DNA of 64,000 bases from Candidatus Heimdallarchaeum aukensis (lineage in GTDB: Archaea; Asgardarchaeota; Heimdallarchaeia; Heimdallarchaeales; Heimdallarchaeaceae). Location of the stretch: the NCBI GenBank assembly GCA_021513695.1, contig CP084166.1, forward strand, positions 2,752,001 through 2,816,000. Reading direction: 5' to 3'. The translations under genes were made by a program, and so were the position numbers. This document shows positions 30,811-39,960 of the stretch, piece after piece; the stretch's first letter is position 1, and each line of letters begins with the position of its first letter. The notes beneath the pieces were generated by a model. The model did not search any database. It was not told where the DNA came from and saw only the letters and a program-made list of their open reading frames with translations.

Positions 30811-32589
30811 ATGAATATCCGAACTAAAAGTGATTTTATTATAGTAGCAATTAGCGTGCTTGTGTTCTCTACAACAAGAGTTATCTATAGCCTTTTAATA
30901 ATAAATTGGAATAATTATGAAAAAGGGAATGTTACACCTTCATTTTTATTTTGGATAGATTTTATATCCTATTTTGTGGTTTTTTTCTTGTATTTGCTCT
31001 ATGGGTGGTATATTCGAAGGAAACTTGTTAAAAAAAATCAAGATAAAGGAGATTATTCCTTACATTATATTATTAGAATATTTATTACTATTTATGCCCC
31101 CATTTTCCTCATATCTTTTGTTATTTCTTTTATAAAACAAATTGATTTACGGATATACTATACTGCATCGATATTTAATGAAACAGTTCAAATGATGTTT
31201 TTTAGTACACTAGTGGGTATTCTTCTATATAATCAAATTGAGCAATTTTTCTCTAAAGTTTTTAAATCTTCTAATTATCAAAAATATTCTTCTGAAGAGT
31301 TGACTTTTCTTGAGCAATCAATAGTCAAAACAATTAACCGTTTTTGGAGTTATGCGCTTTACACAGTTCTATTTTTTGTTTTTTTAGCAAATTTTTTGGT
31401 TTTAGTAATCTATCCAAGTATCCCTACAGAATACGATTCTAGTATCAAATTAATTATAGCCTATCCAAATTTCTCTTTTACCTTTAATAAAGAAACAGGT
31501 TTTCATCAAGAATTTTTTACTTATCTTGCACTAGATTATACAAAGTTTCTTAACTGGAAATTAATTCAGTCTTTACTCTGTATTCTTTTTATTTTAGCAA
31601 TAGCACTACTTTATTATCTTCCTTTGCATAAAAAAGAAAACGAACCTTTAAACAATGTAGAAAAACAAGAGATTGCAGAAATAAAATCTAAAACAGAAGA
31701 AGTTCAAAGCACAGAAAAAGGAATACTCAAGCAAAAAGATACAACAAAGTTAAACAACACAGGTCTACAACAAGAGATTGATTCCATCGTTTTCCTAAAC
31801 ACTGAAAATGATTATTATACTCCAATAGGTTTTATTAAGAAAAGAAACAGAAAACTTGAAAAATTGTTGTCTCAAATGAAAAAAAGTGATATTATCCCTG
31901 TGATGAATCTTGCTGCTTTGAATCTGGGTTTAGCTATGGTTTTTGTTTATTTTGTTCACTTATTTGTTCCATTAGCATATTCAAGTTACACATTATCAGA
32001 TATTCTTTATATCCAACTTTCATCGTTGTATTGGGCTGGATTATTTGAAGAAATTTCTTTCAGATTCTTGATCATGGGTGTTCCCTTATTTATTATTCAT
32101 GGTTTTCGTTACTTAATAGCAAAGATTTTACAATATTATAAATCAAAAAATGAGGTTCCAGTGAAAGAAAAAGAAGAAAACAAAAAAATAGAGAATCCTT
32201 TTCTCTATTTAACTGGTCGTTGGAAAAAGTTAAGGATTATTGATTTTGTTTTCTTGATAGCTTCTTCTTTCTTTTTTGGTTATGTTCATTATCAATTTGG
32301 AAGTTGGGCTATATGGAAAATCTTTCAGGCTGGAATTGCTGGACTTATTTTTGGATATGCTTTCTATAAATTTGGTTTGCACGCAGCTATCTTCCTTCAT
32401 ACAGTCAATGATTTTGCAATAGGTATAATGCTTGTTCCAAATTTAGGGTTAATGGTTCAAGGAGGATTTGTAGTTATTGTACTTGTTTTAATGGGAATAA
32501 TGTACTCATTCTATATTTTTTCATTATTTCTTAAAAAAACAAGCAATCTAAGCTTTAGAAAATTGAATAAACAAAAAGAGGTAAACTAA
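30811..32589 (+). CDS. CPBP-family (CAAX-protease/Abi, Rce1-like) intramembrane metalloprotease with long polytopic N-terminal extension
   Basis: C-terminal motifs EEISFRF (EExxxR), FGYVHYQ (FxxxH), HTVNDF (HxxxN/D) in TM helices. Confidence 0.6.
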   Translation: MNIRTKSDFIIVAISVLVFSTTRVIYSLLIINWNNYEKGNVTPSFLFWIDFISYFVVFFLYLLYGWYIRRKLVKKNQDKGDYSLHYIIRIFITIYAPIFLISFVISFIKQIDLRIYYTASIFNETVQMMFFSTLVGILLYNQIEQFFSKVFKSSNYQKYSSEELTFLEQSIVKTINRFWSYALYTVLFFVFLANFLVLVIYPSIPTEYDSSIKLIIAYPNFSFTFNKETGFHQEFFTYLALDYTKFLNWKLIQSLLCILFILAIALLYYLPLHKKENEPLNNVEKQEIAEIKSKTEEVQSTEKGILKQKDTTKLNNTGLQQEIDSIVFLNTENDYYTPIGFIKKRNRKLEKLLSQMKKSDIIPVMNLAALNLGLAMVFVYFVHLFVPLAYSSYTLSDILYIQLSSLYWAGLFEEISFRFLIMGVPLFIIHGFRYLIAKILQYYKSKNEVPVKEKEENKKIENPFLYLTGRWKKLRIIDFVFLIASSFFFGYVHYQFGSWAIWKIFQAGIAGLIFGYAFYKFGLHAAIFLHTVNDFAIGIMLVPNLGLMVQGGFVVIVLVLMGIMYSFYIFSLFLKKTSNLSFRKLNKQKEVN

Positions 32590-33176
32590 TGACACTTGAT
32601 AGCAGATTATACTTTAAAGTTGTTTTAGCTGGAGAAGCAGGGGTAGGAAAAACAAGTCTTCGAAGAAGTTATTTGGGAGTAGGATTCCAGACACAGCATT
32701 TAAGTACTATAGGTGCAGACTTTGCAAGTTATTCTACAAAAATAAATGAACAAAGAGTGAATTTTCAGATTTGGGATTTAGCTGGTCAAGATATCTTCGA
32801 AAGCATGCGAAATTTGTATTATAAAGGAAGTTTGGGTGCATTGATGGTTTTTGATGTAACCGATGTATCTAGTCTAGAAGCCTTAAACAATTGGATAATT
32901 GAATTAGATAAAAATTCAGGTAGAGGAATTGTACCTTTTTCCATATTAGGAAATAAAATAGATCTATTAGATGAGGAAGAACTCAATAAAATAAGAAAAA
33001 CTGTAGACTTAGTCATAAAAAAATACAATAAAAAATTTGCAAGTAAGGGTTTTTCGATTAATTATTTTGAAACTTCAGCGAAAACTGGCCATAATGTCAA
33101 AATCGCTTTTAATAATCTTGGAGAATCAATTTTTAATTATCTTGAATTCAGAAGAAAGAAGAGGGAAGAAAGTTGA
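32589..33176 (+). CDS. Rab/Ras-like small GTPase
   Basis: G1 GEAGVGKTS, G2 T in switch I, G3 WDLAGQD, G4 GNKIDL, G5 ETSAKTG; start overlaps CPBP stop (TAATG); no C-terminal CAAX. Confidence 0.8.
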   Translation: MTLDSRLYFKVVLAGEAGVGKTSLRRSYLGVGFQTQHLSTIGADFASYSTKINEQRVNFQIWDLAGQDIFESMRNLYYKGSLGALMVFDVTDVSSLEALNNWIIELDKNSGRGIVPFSILGNKIDLLDEEELNKIRKTVDLVIKKYNKKFASKGFSINYFETSAKTGHNVKIAFNNLGESIFNYLEFRRKKREES

Positions 33177-35527
33177 AAAATATTGATGTTGAACTAAGAG
33201 ATTTATTGAGAACTGGAAAAAAAGAATCTATTGATATAAATAACCTAAAAAAACTAAAAAGTATAATTCTCTTCCTAAATGACGAGGATCGTGAAATAAG
33301 ACGTACTACACAAGAGATTCTCTTATCTGCTCCTATAATCCCAGTTAGCGAAATTGTTGATCTTTATCTCTCTACTGAGAGTGAATATGTTGCTGATTTT
33401 ATAGTTGAAAATTTAAATATTTTCTTAATTGATTTGGTAGACAGATTTAGTAACAAGATAGATAGTATTATTGTTTCTGAATTAATTAAAAAAATCCCTG
33501 TAAAAGATTTATTTGCTACTTTAGTCGAAATCGCTGAAATTACTCCTATTTCAGCTAAAAAAGCTGAACTCATAATCCGAACATGTTATCCTTCTTTTTC
33601 AGAAAGCATGAATTCATTAATATCCTATGATTTTATTGAAAATTTCAAAAAAGAGATAAAAAAACTTCTTTCTATAAGACTAAAAGAGAATGATAAAAAT
33701 ATTACAACTCTTGTTCTAAAGACTGCGTGTTTCTTTCCTGAACTTCCCCCTCTGATAGAAAAAGAACTAATTAATATCATTAATCATTCAGATATAGAGG
33801 AACACATAATTTATGCAACTACTGCTTTAATAAATGTAGAAAACAAAAAGAATGCGCAGATTCTAGCTAATAGACTTAAAAATGGAAAAGATTCAGAAAA
33901 AGTAAAATTAGCTATTATTGAATCCCTTGGTAATATAGGAAATCCAAAGATTGCGCCAATAATGATCGAATTATTCGATGAAGGAGGACAGATAGCTTAC
34001 TCTACATCTAAAAGTCTGGGGTCAATGGGTGTTGAAGTCTTACCTTATTTAGTTCAAGCATTAAAAGAAGATCGTTATATACCAAATATTGTAGAGTCTA
34101 TGAAACGTATTGGTAGTGCAAGCTTCGAATATCTGATGACTAGCTTGGAAAAGGAAAGAAATATACAAATTAGAAAAAACATTGCTCATTGTTTAACACT
34201 GGTGATGCATGAACAATATGGTTATGAGGGAACAATTAAACTACTAACAAACGAATTAGCAGGAAAAAATCGAGAGCTAGTAGAAGCAGTAACTCAAGCG
34301 CTAATAAATTTAGGTACTCCTTCAATTGAGTATCTCATTGATGAATTAAATGATAAAGATCGCGAATTAAGAAAAAATGCAGTAAAAATTCTTGAACATT
34401 TTGGAGAAGGAAATATTGAAATTGCTCTTGATGGGTTACTTGAAACAGATGAAGATAGAGTAGGTACATTGAGTATTATATTATATGTTTACCATCCTGA
34501 TGAAAGATTAAGAAAATTAGGATATTCTTTTGCTGTTCATAAAGGAAATCTAAGAGCTAAAAAAACAGACAAATTACTTGAAATATTGACTGATGCCCTT
34601 AATGAAATTGACCCCTATATTCGAATTCGTTCTTGTGATATACTTGTATTTTTCAAAAGTAAGGCCATTCCTCATTTAACCAAACTTCTCTCTGACCCAA
34701 ACATTCTAGTTAAAAGAAAAGCAGCAGAGGCACTACGTACAATAAAAAGCAAAAGAGCATTAATAGCATTGATGAATGCTGCTACTGATAAAGACCCAAT
34801 AGTTTCTGAAATTTCTACAAGAGCTTTGGGAGAATTAGGAGATCCAGGTGTTGTAGATATCATTCTTGGGAATTTAAAGAGAAATAGTCAAGCAATATAT
34901 GAAGCTTCAGTTTATGCTCTTTCTCAACTAGGAACACCTATATTACACAAGATAACAAAAGAATTAAGCAGTTCAAATAAAAAAGTTGTAGATGGTATAG
35001 TCGATGCAATATCGAAAATAGGGACAGTTGGACTAGAAATTCTGATAAAAAAATATTTAGAAGAGAACGGAAGAAGAGTTGCACAAATTGAACGAATAAT
35101 TGGAAAAATGGGCGAAACAGCAATACCTGCAATATTAGAAATATATGAAAAGACTAGTGATTCTCAAAATAAAGAAAAGTTATTGAGACTAAGGGCAAAG
35201 ATTAAAGATACTTCTGTAACTAAAGAAATAGTTGAAAAGCTACAAAAACCAGCTAGTAAAAAAACAGCAATTGAACTTATAAATTTGATTGGAATTGAAT
35301 GTGTGAATAAAATAGTTGATGAATTACTCAAATTAGAACAAAACAAAGTAAAAAGGATTTTCACAAAGAATATTAAAATTGAACCTAAAATATTGGTTTC
35401 GATTATTAAGGAGTTGAAATTAAGAGAACAACAGCAACTTGCACTACATCTTATTAATCAAAACCAAAGAACGTTAAAGAAATTTGTAAGCGAGAATCCA
35501 GAATTTGAAAGTTTGTTTGAAGAATAA
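33173..35527 (+). CDS. HEAT/PBS-lyase-type repeat protein
   Basis: Repeated about 30-aa helical repeats with ...ALG.IG.P.A...L...L.D motif (for example AIIESLGNIGNPKIAPIMIELFDEG; ALRTIKSKRALIALMNAATDKDPIVSEISTRALGELGDP); start overlaps GTPase stop (TTGA). Confidence 0.6.
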   Translation: MKNIDVELRDLLRTGKKESIDINNLKKLKSIILFLNDEDREIRRTTQEILLSAPIIPVSEIVDLYLSTESEYVADFIVENLNIFLIDLVDRFSNKIDSIIVSELIKKIPVKDLFATLVEIAEITPISAKKAELIIRTCYPSFSESMNSLISYDFIENFKKEIKKLLSIRLKENDKNITTLVLKTACFFPELPPLIEKELINIINHSDIEEHIIYATTALINVENKKNAQILANRLKNGKDSEKVKLAIIESLGNIGNPKIAPIMIELFDEGGQIAYSTSKSLGSMGVEVLPYLVQALKEDRYIPNIVESMKRIGSASFEYLMTSLEKERNIQIRKNIAHCLTLVMHEQYGYEGTIKLLTNELAGKNRELVEAVTQALINLGTPSIEYLIDELNDKDRELRKNAVKILEHFGEGNIEIALDGLLETDEDRVGTLSIILYVYHPDERLRKLGYSFAVHKGNLRAKKTDKLLEILTDALNEIDPYIRIRSCDILVFFKSKAIPHLTKLLSDPNILVKRKAAEALRTIKSKRALIALMNAATDKDPIVSEISTRALGELGDPGVVDIILGNLKRNSQAIYEASVYALSQLGTPILHKITKELSSSNKKVVDGIVDAISKIGTVGLEILIKKYLEENGRRVAQIERIIGKMGETAIPAILEIYEKTSDSQNKEKLLRLRAKIKDTSVTKEIVEKLQKPASKKTAIELINLIGIECVNKIVDELLKLEQNKVKRIFTKNIKIEPKILVSIIKELKLREQQQLALHLINQNQRTLKKFVSENPEFESLFEE

Positions 35528-35528
35528 G

Positions 35529-36533
35529 CTAAAAATCTTTTTTCTCAATTTCTCCTTTTTGCATTTGTGGTATTAACTCTTTTATCAGTAAAGGAAGCAA
35601 GTTAAGTTCCATGTGAAAAGGAGAAAAAATTTCGATATTTTTCTCATCAAAATTGAAATATGGTTTTTCTACAGTTTCCACAAGATAATAGTCTAATATT
35701 TTAAAATCTTGAATAGTTGAAAAGAGTATAGTAAAATTTTCAGTTAATTGTTGCAATATTTTCTCTTTTTCTGATTTTGAAGTAAGCTGGAAAAGGTTTA
35801 GATAGCCTTCTGTTTCCATATGAATGTATAATTTAGTGGTGTTATCAATTAAATTTATTCTAGGAAATTTCTCTACTAATGGCGTCTTTGCTGCTAGAAC
35901 ATTAGTTAGTTTATTTCTCTCAGGAATAATAGTATGATCTGTTAGTATCAAAAACTTGTTAACGCGTATCCTTTTACTTTTAAAAAGAAATTCTTTATTA
36001 TCCGGATTGTAACTGATTTCTTGTTTCCTATATTCTATTAGTTCTACTTTTAATTTTTTTAGTTCATTTAAAATATAAGCTGCTAAACCCCCTAAATTAT
36101 TTATAACAAGTGAGGAATCAGAAATTAAGCCCTTGTTATATCTCTCTGAATTTAATAAAGGGAGAGTTTGTTTAATCTCTTTTTGTCTTAAAATACTGCA
36201 GTTCATATTAGAATTTTGTAGTTTATTATACATCTCTTCAGTTTCACGTAGAGAACTGTTTAGAATTAATAGTGAAGCTTTTGAAATATCAAAGGATTTT
36301 GTAGTGTAAAATAAATCATTATAAAATTCTAAAGAGGTAGTCAATATTTGTTCAATCTTTTCTAGTGGGTATGAAAATAATGGATAGACAAAACTAGGGA
36401 GAAAAAGACTGTTGCGAATAAGTTCTTCGTTGTAAAAATAAGTTATCTTTAAATCTGAATTTTCTTTCATTATTTGATAGACTAAAATTAAGCTGGTGAG
36501 ATTATTTCCAATGACAACTATATCTCTTTCCAT
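35529..36533 (-). CDS. Hypothetical protein
   Basis: 334-aa ORF, convergent with HEAT gene; no domain recognised. Confidence 0.3.
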   Translation of the reverse strand: MERDIVVIGNNLTSLILVYQIMKENSDLKITYFYNEELIRNSLFLPSFVYPLFSYPLEKIEQILTTSLEFYNDLFYTTKSFDISKASLLILNSSLRETEEMYNKLQNSNMNCSILRQKEIKQTLPLLNSERYNKGLISDSSLVINNLGGLAAYILNELKKLKVELIEYRKQEISYNPDNKEFLFKSKRIRVNKFLILTDHTIIPERNKLTNVLAAKTPLVEKFPRINLIDNTTKLYIHMETEGYLNLFQLTSKSEKEKILQQLTENFTILFSTIQDFKILDYYLVETVEKPYFNFDEKNIEIFSPFHMELNLLPLLIKELIPQMQKGEIEKKDF

Positions 36534-36584
36534 TATTCAAATAATAACAAATGGATTTATAAATTCGATTGTGTAGAGAAACAT

Positions 36585-36863
36585 ATGTCATATGTGATAA
36601 AATTAAAAGTAATTAAACAAGAAGGACATTGTGCTTCAGGGCACAAAGTTGGGGATGAAATTGAGATTAATTACAATGACAATTCAATAAAAGGAAAAAT
36701 TTGTCTTCATGCTCTCTATTCAATTCTTCCCAAAGTTTTTGCTATGGCGTATGGATCTGAGTTTCCATGGTTAGAAAATGCTGATGTTTCCACACATGCA
36801 TGTCCAGATTACAAGAATCCAGTGGTTTTTGAGGTTAGAAGAGAAAAAATAAAAGAAAATTAA
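36585..36863 (+). CDS. Small Cys/His-containing hypothetical protein
   Basis: 92 aa with HCASGH ... CLHA ... HACPDY possible metal-binding residues. Confidence 0.3.
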   Translation: MSYVIKLKVIKQEGHCASGHKVGDEIEINYNDNSIKGKICLHALYSILPKVFAMAYGSEFPWLENADVSTHACPDYKNPVVFEVRREKIKEN

Positions 36864-36896
36864 ACTTTAGATATTTCAAAAATAAAAAAAGATAAG

Positions 36897-37817
36897 CTAT
36901 CCTTTGACCAATTTTATTATTGCATCTATTATAAAATCTAATAGAAATACAAGGAATACGATTAATAAGATTTCTTTTGTAGTATATGCCCATTTAGGAT
37001 TTTGAGTAATGATTATTGCTATAGCTAAACCTAATACTAGTAGAGCCAAGATAATAGCAATAATAAGTGAGGGTAAGTATAAGTCAGCAATAATCATCGC
37101 ACCAATAGCTCCCCCTGCTAGACCTAGAAGGAAAAAAGCACCTACGATGCCAGCTACTCTTGGACCAAAAACAACAGCTATAGTTTTGTTTCCTGCTTTT
37201 TTATCTCCTTCGATGTCTGGTAAACCTTTTATTACTTCTCTACCTACATTTCCAGAAGCTGCCGCAAGACCTACAATAGTTGGAACCCAAGTAAAACCTT
37301 GTTGATAAACAAAATAACTGAATAGAGATCCATAGACAAAGAGAGCTACAACATTCAATCCAATAAGCACATTACCAAAAAATCCCATCTGTTTTACTTT
37401 GAAATTGTATAAGTTTAATGAACTTCCAAATATTAAAGCTGTAATAACACTTATTCCTGGTAAACCTTCTCTAATATCAATTAACAAAGCTAAAATTAGA
37501 GCGATCAAAGCAACAATTACCCCGTAAATAACTGCTGTTCTTACTGATATTTTCTTTGATGGTATAGGTCTATGTGGAGCATTTACTAGATCTTCTTCTC
37601 TGTCTGCAATATCATTAAAAATCATAGCTTGAGATGAAACGAGCGTACCAGATAATAGAACAAGTAGAAGGGTTATGTAATCAATTTTTGCTCCTACAGG
37701 AGTTGATAGAATGATAGCAAAAATTGCAGCTGTTCCTGCTACTATACCATTTACTAACCTAAGAATTGTTATATAAGAAAGAAAAATATCTTTTTTCGAG
37801 TGTTTTGTTAAAGACAT
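36897..37817 (-). CDS. UbiA-family prenyltransferase (possibly DGGGP-synthase-like)
   Basis: NDIADREED (NDxxDxxxD) Mg2+/diphosphate motif, about 8 TM; 3' 720 bp lie inside repeat copy 1. Confidence 0.65.
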   Translation of the reverse strand: MSLTKHSKKDIFLSYITILRLVNGIVAGTAAIFAIILSTPVGAKIDYITLLLVLLSGTLVSSQAMIFNDIADREEDLVNAPHRPIPSKKISVRTAVIYGVIVALIALILALLIDIREGLPGISVITALIFGSSLNLYNFKVKQMGFFGNVLIGLNVVALFVYGSLFSYFVYQQGFTWVPTIVGLAAASGNVGREVIKGLPDIEGDKKAGNKTIAVVFGPRVAGIVGAFFLLGLAGGAIGAMIIADLYLPSLIIAIILALLVLGLAIAIIITQNPKWAYTTKEILLIVFLVFLLDFIIDAIIKLVKG

Positions 37818-39240
37818 AAGGTCTAATCATTAGCAGATGAATTTAAATCTTACCTCTTTTTTTGAGTATAAATTACTCGCTTTTTTTTCCTGTTATCTCA
37901 AATGTTTTGATTTCACTATCATTTTCAGGAAGTTTAAGCAGTTCTAAAAGTGATAAGATCATCTTGCCAAATAATTTTTCCATAAATTCATTTAAAGGAA
38001 TCTCTTTTCCATTAATCTTTACTTCTATTTCATCTAACATGAAAAAAAAAACACTGTTGAGTTTATTAATTTTATCTTAATCTCAAATGAATAATTATAA
38101 CTTTTTTAGTTAAAGAATTCACTTAACCAAGAGTTCACTATACTTTTTTGCTAAATTAAATGAAAAAAATTTAAAGAAAAGAAGCAATAAAATTATATTT
38201 AAATATTATGAGCGTAGGTAAGAATATAGGTGTAAATTTTCATGGAAGTAGGTGCGTTAATTTTTATGCTACTAATTGCACTGGCAGTGTACATAACCAT
38301 AAGGGTTTCCTCAGCGAATAAGAAGAAGAGAAAACAAATTTATCGTAAACGATATCAACCTTATCAACCTTACAGACCTTATCAGCCATCACACCTAGAT
38401 TCTTCTCAAAGAACAAGTTATCAGAGTGAAGAAACCACCCCAACAACAAGAACTTCTTCTATTTATCAACCTCAAACTCAACCCTCTTATACTCCACAAA
38501 GAACTCCAATAGCAACAAATAATGCCGATGATTATTATCGTGCAGGAATGTACGATAGAGCAAAAGAAGAATATCTTAAAACAGGGAGGATATTTGGTGC
38601 AGCTAAATCTGTAGCTTCTAAAGGAAAAGAATATGTAAAAGAAGCTTTGGAAATAATTAGACAATATGCTCCAGAAAGAGAAGAAGAAATGGTAAGAAAT
38701 CTTTCAAGATACTTTTTTGATAGTGGAGATGTAGAATTATCAGCTCAAGTATTATATGATTATAATCTTATTGAAGAAGCTAAAGCAGTATTAGCTACCA
38801 TAGGAAAGAGTATAGAAGATATAGTTGAACCTAAATCTGTTGAGATTAGCACATTCAGTAGCACTGAACCCTTTCTATCTAGTACTGAAAGTGAAACAGA
38901 ACCTATCATTTCCAGTTTTGCTAGCGATACTGAACCAATAAATGATGCAAGAGAAGAGCTGAAAGTATTGGCAAGTGAAGAAGAAGCAGAACCCATTGAG
39001 CCTTTTACAAGTCAAGTTGAAAAACAGAAAAAAATAGAACCACAACAACTAAAGATAGCTACAGTAGATTTAGATGAAAGATGTACAGTTTGTTTAGGAG
39101 AAGTAAAAGCAGGAGAAAGTTTTGTTAGATGTCCCCATTGTGGAAAACCTTCTCATTATTCTCATTTAGTAGAATGGCTAAAAGTAAAAACCCAATGTCC
39201 TAACTGTAGAAACAAATTATCATTAAATATGTTTAAAACA
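37098..39240. repeat. Tandem direct duplication, copy 1 (2143 bp)
   Basis: Sequence 37098-39240 recurs at 39241-41381 with only two single-base differences. Confidence 0.9.
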
Positions 39241-39264
39241 CGCACCAATAGCTCCCCCTGCTAG
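38242..39264 (+). CDS. Membrane-anchored, Pro/Tyr/Gln-rich protein with C-terminal RING/PHD-like (C4H2C2 cross-brace-type) zinc finger
   Basis: N-terminal TM (LIFMLLIALAVYITI), low-complexity YQPYQPYRPYQP...TPTT region, C-terminus CTVCLGEVKAGESFVRCPHCGKPSHYSHLVEWLKVKTQCPNCRN. The last 8 codons (RTNSSPC) are created by the duplication junction; native end is ...MFKT*. Confidence 0.55.
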   Translation: MEVGALIFMLLIALAVYITIRVSSANKKKRKQIYRKRYQPYQPYRPYQPSHLDSSQRTSYQSEETTPTTRTSSIYQPQTQPSYTPQRTPIATNNADDYYRAGMYDRAKEEYLKTGRIFGAAKSVASKGKEYVKEALEIIRQYAPEREEEMVRNLSRYFFDSGDVELSAQVLYDYNLIEEAKAVLATIGKSIEDIVEPKSVEISTFSSTEPFLSSTESETEPIISSFASDTEPINDAREELKVLASEEEAEPIEPFTSQVEKQKKIEPQQLKIATVDLDERCTVCLGEVKAGESFVRCPHCGKPSHYSHLVEWLKVKTQCPNCRNKLSLNMFKTRTNSSPC

Positions 39265-39960
39265 ACCTAGAAGGAAAAAAGCACCTACGATGCCAGCTAC
39301 TCTTGGACCAAAAACAACAGCTATAGTTTTGTTTCCTGCTTTTTTATCTCCTTCGATGTCTGGTAAACCTTTTATTACTTCTCTACCTACATTTCCAGAA
39401 GCTGCCGCAAGACCTACAATAGTTGGAACCCAAGTAAAACCTTGTTGATAAACAAAATAACTGAATAGAGATCCATAGACAAAGAGAGCTACAACATTCA
39501 ATCCAATAAGCACATTACCAAAAAATCCCATCTGTTTTACTTTGAAATTGTATAAGTTTAATGAACTTCCAAATATTAAAGCTGTAATAACACTTATTCC
39601 TGGTAAACCTTCTCTAATATCAATTAACAAAGCTAAAATTAGAGCGATCAAAGCAACAATTACCCCGTAAATAACTGCTGTTCTTACTGATATTTTCTTT
39701 GATGGTATAGGTCTATGTGGAGCATTTACTAGATCTTCTTCTCTGTCTGCAATATCATTAAAAATCATAGCTTGAGATGAAACGAGCGTACCAGATAATA
39801 GAACAAGTAGAAGGGTTATGTATCAATTTTTGCTCCTACAGGAGTTGATAGAATGATAGCAAAAATTGCAGCTGTTCCTGCTACTATACCATTTACTAAC
39901 CTAAGAATTGTTATATAAGAAAGAAAAATATCTTTTTTCGAGTGTTTTGTTAAAGACATA
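39241..39960 (-). pseudogene. UbiA prenyltransferase fragment (copy 2): 3'-truncated at the repeat junction and frameshifted
   Basis: Same sequence as 37098-37817 but missing one A (GTTATGTATCAA vs GTTATGTAATCAA), which splits the N-terminus; lacks the C-terminal 67 codons. Confidence 0.6.

Noticed and set aside
32589-33176. C-terminal prenylation (CAAX/CC) motifs on the two Rab-like GTPases
   Set aside because: Neither protein ends in Cys-containing motifs (...FRRKKREES and ...MKKLGENK), so canonical prenylation/Rce1 processing is not supported
37862-38080. 72-aa Ser/Leu-rich ORF present in both repeat copies (also 40004..40222)
   Set aside because: Lies in the AT-rich promoter region between the divergent UbiA and RING-like genes; low-complexity translation; duplicated only because it is inside the tandem repeat
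38264-38996. Minus-strand ORFs antisense to the RING-like gene (38264..38449, 38395..38664, 38760..38996 and copies at 40406..41137)
   Set aside because: Antisense to a gene with clear TM plus zinc-finger architecture; Cys/Ser-rich low-complexity products
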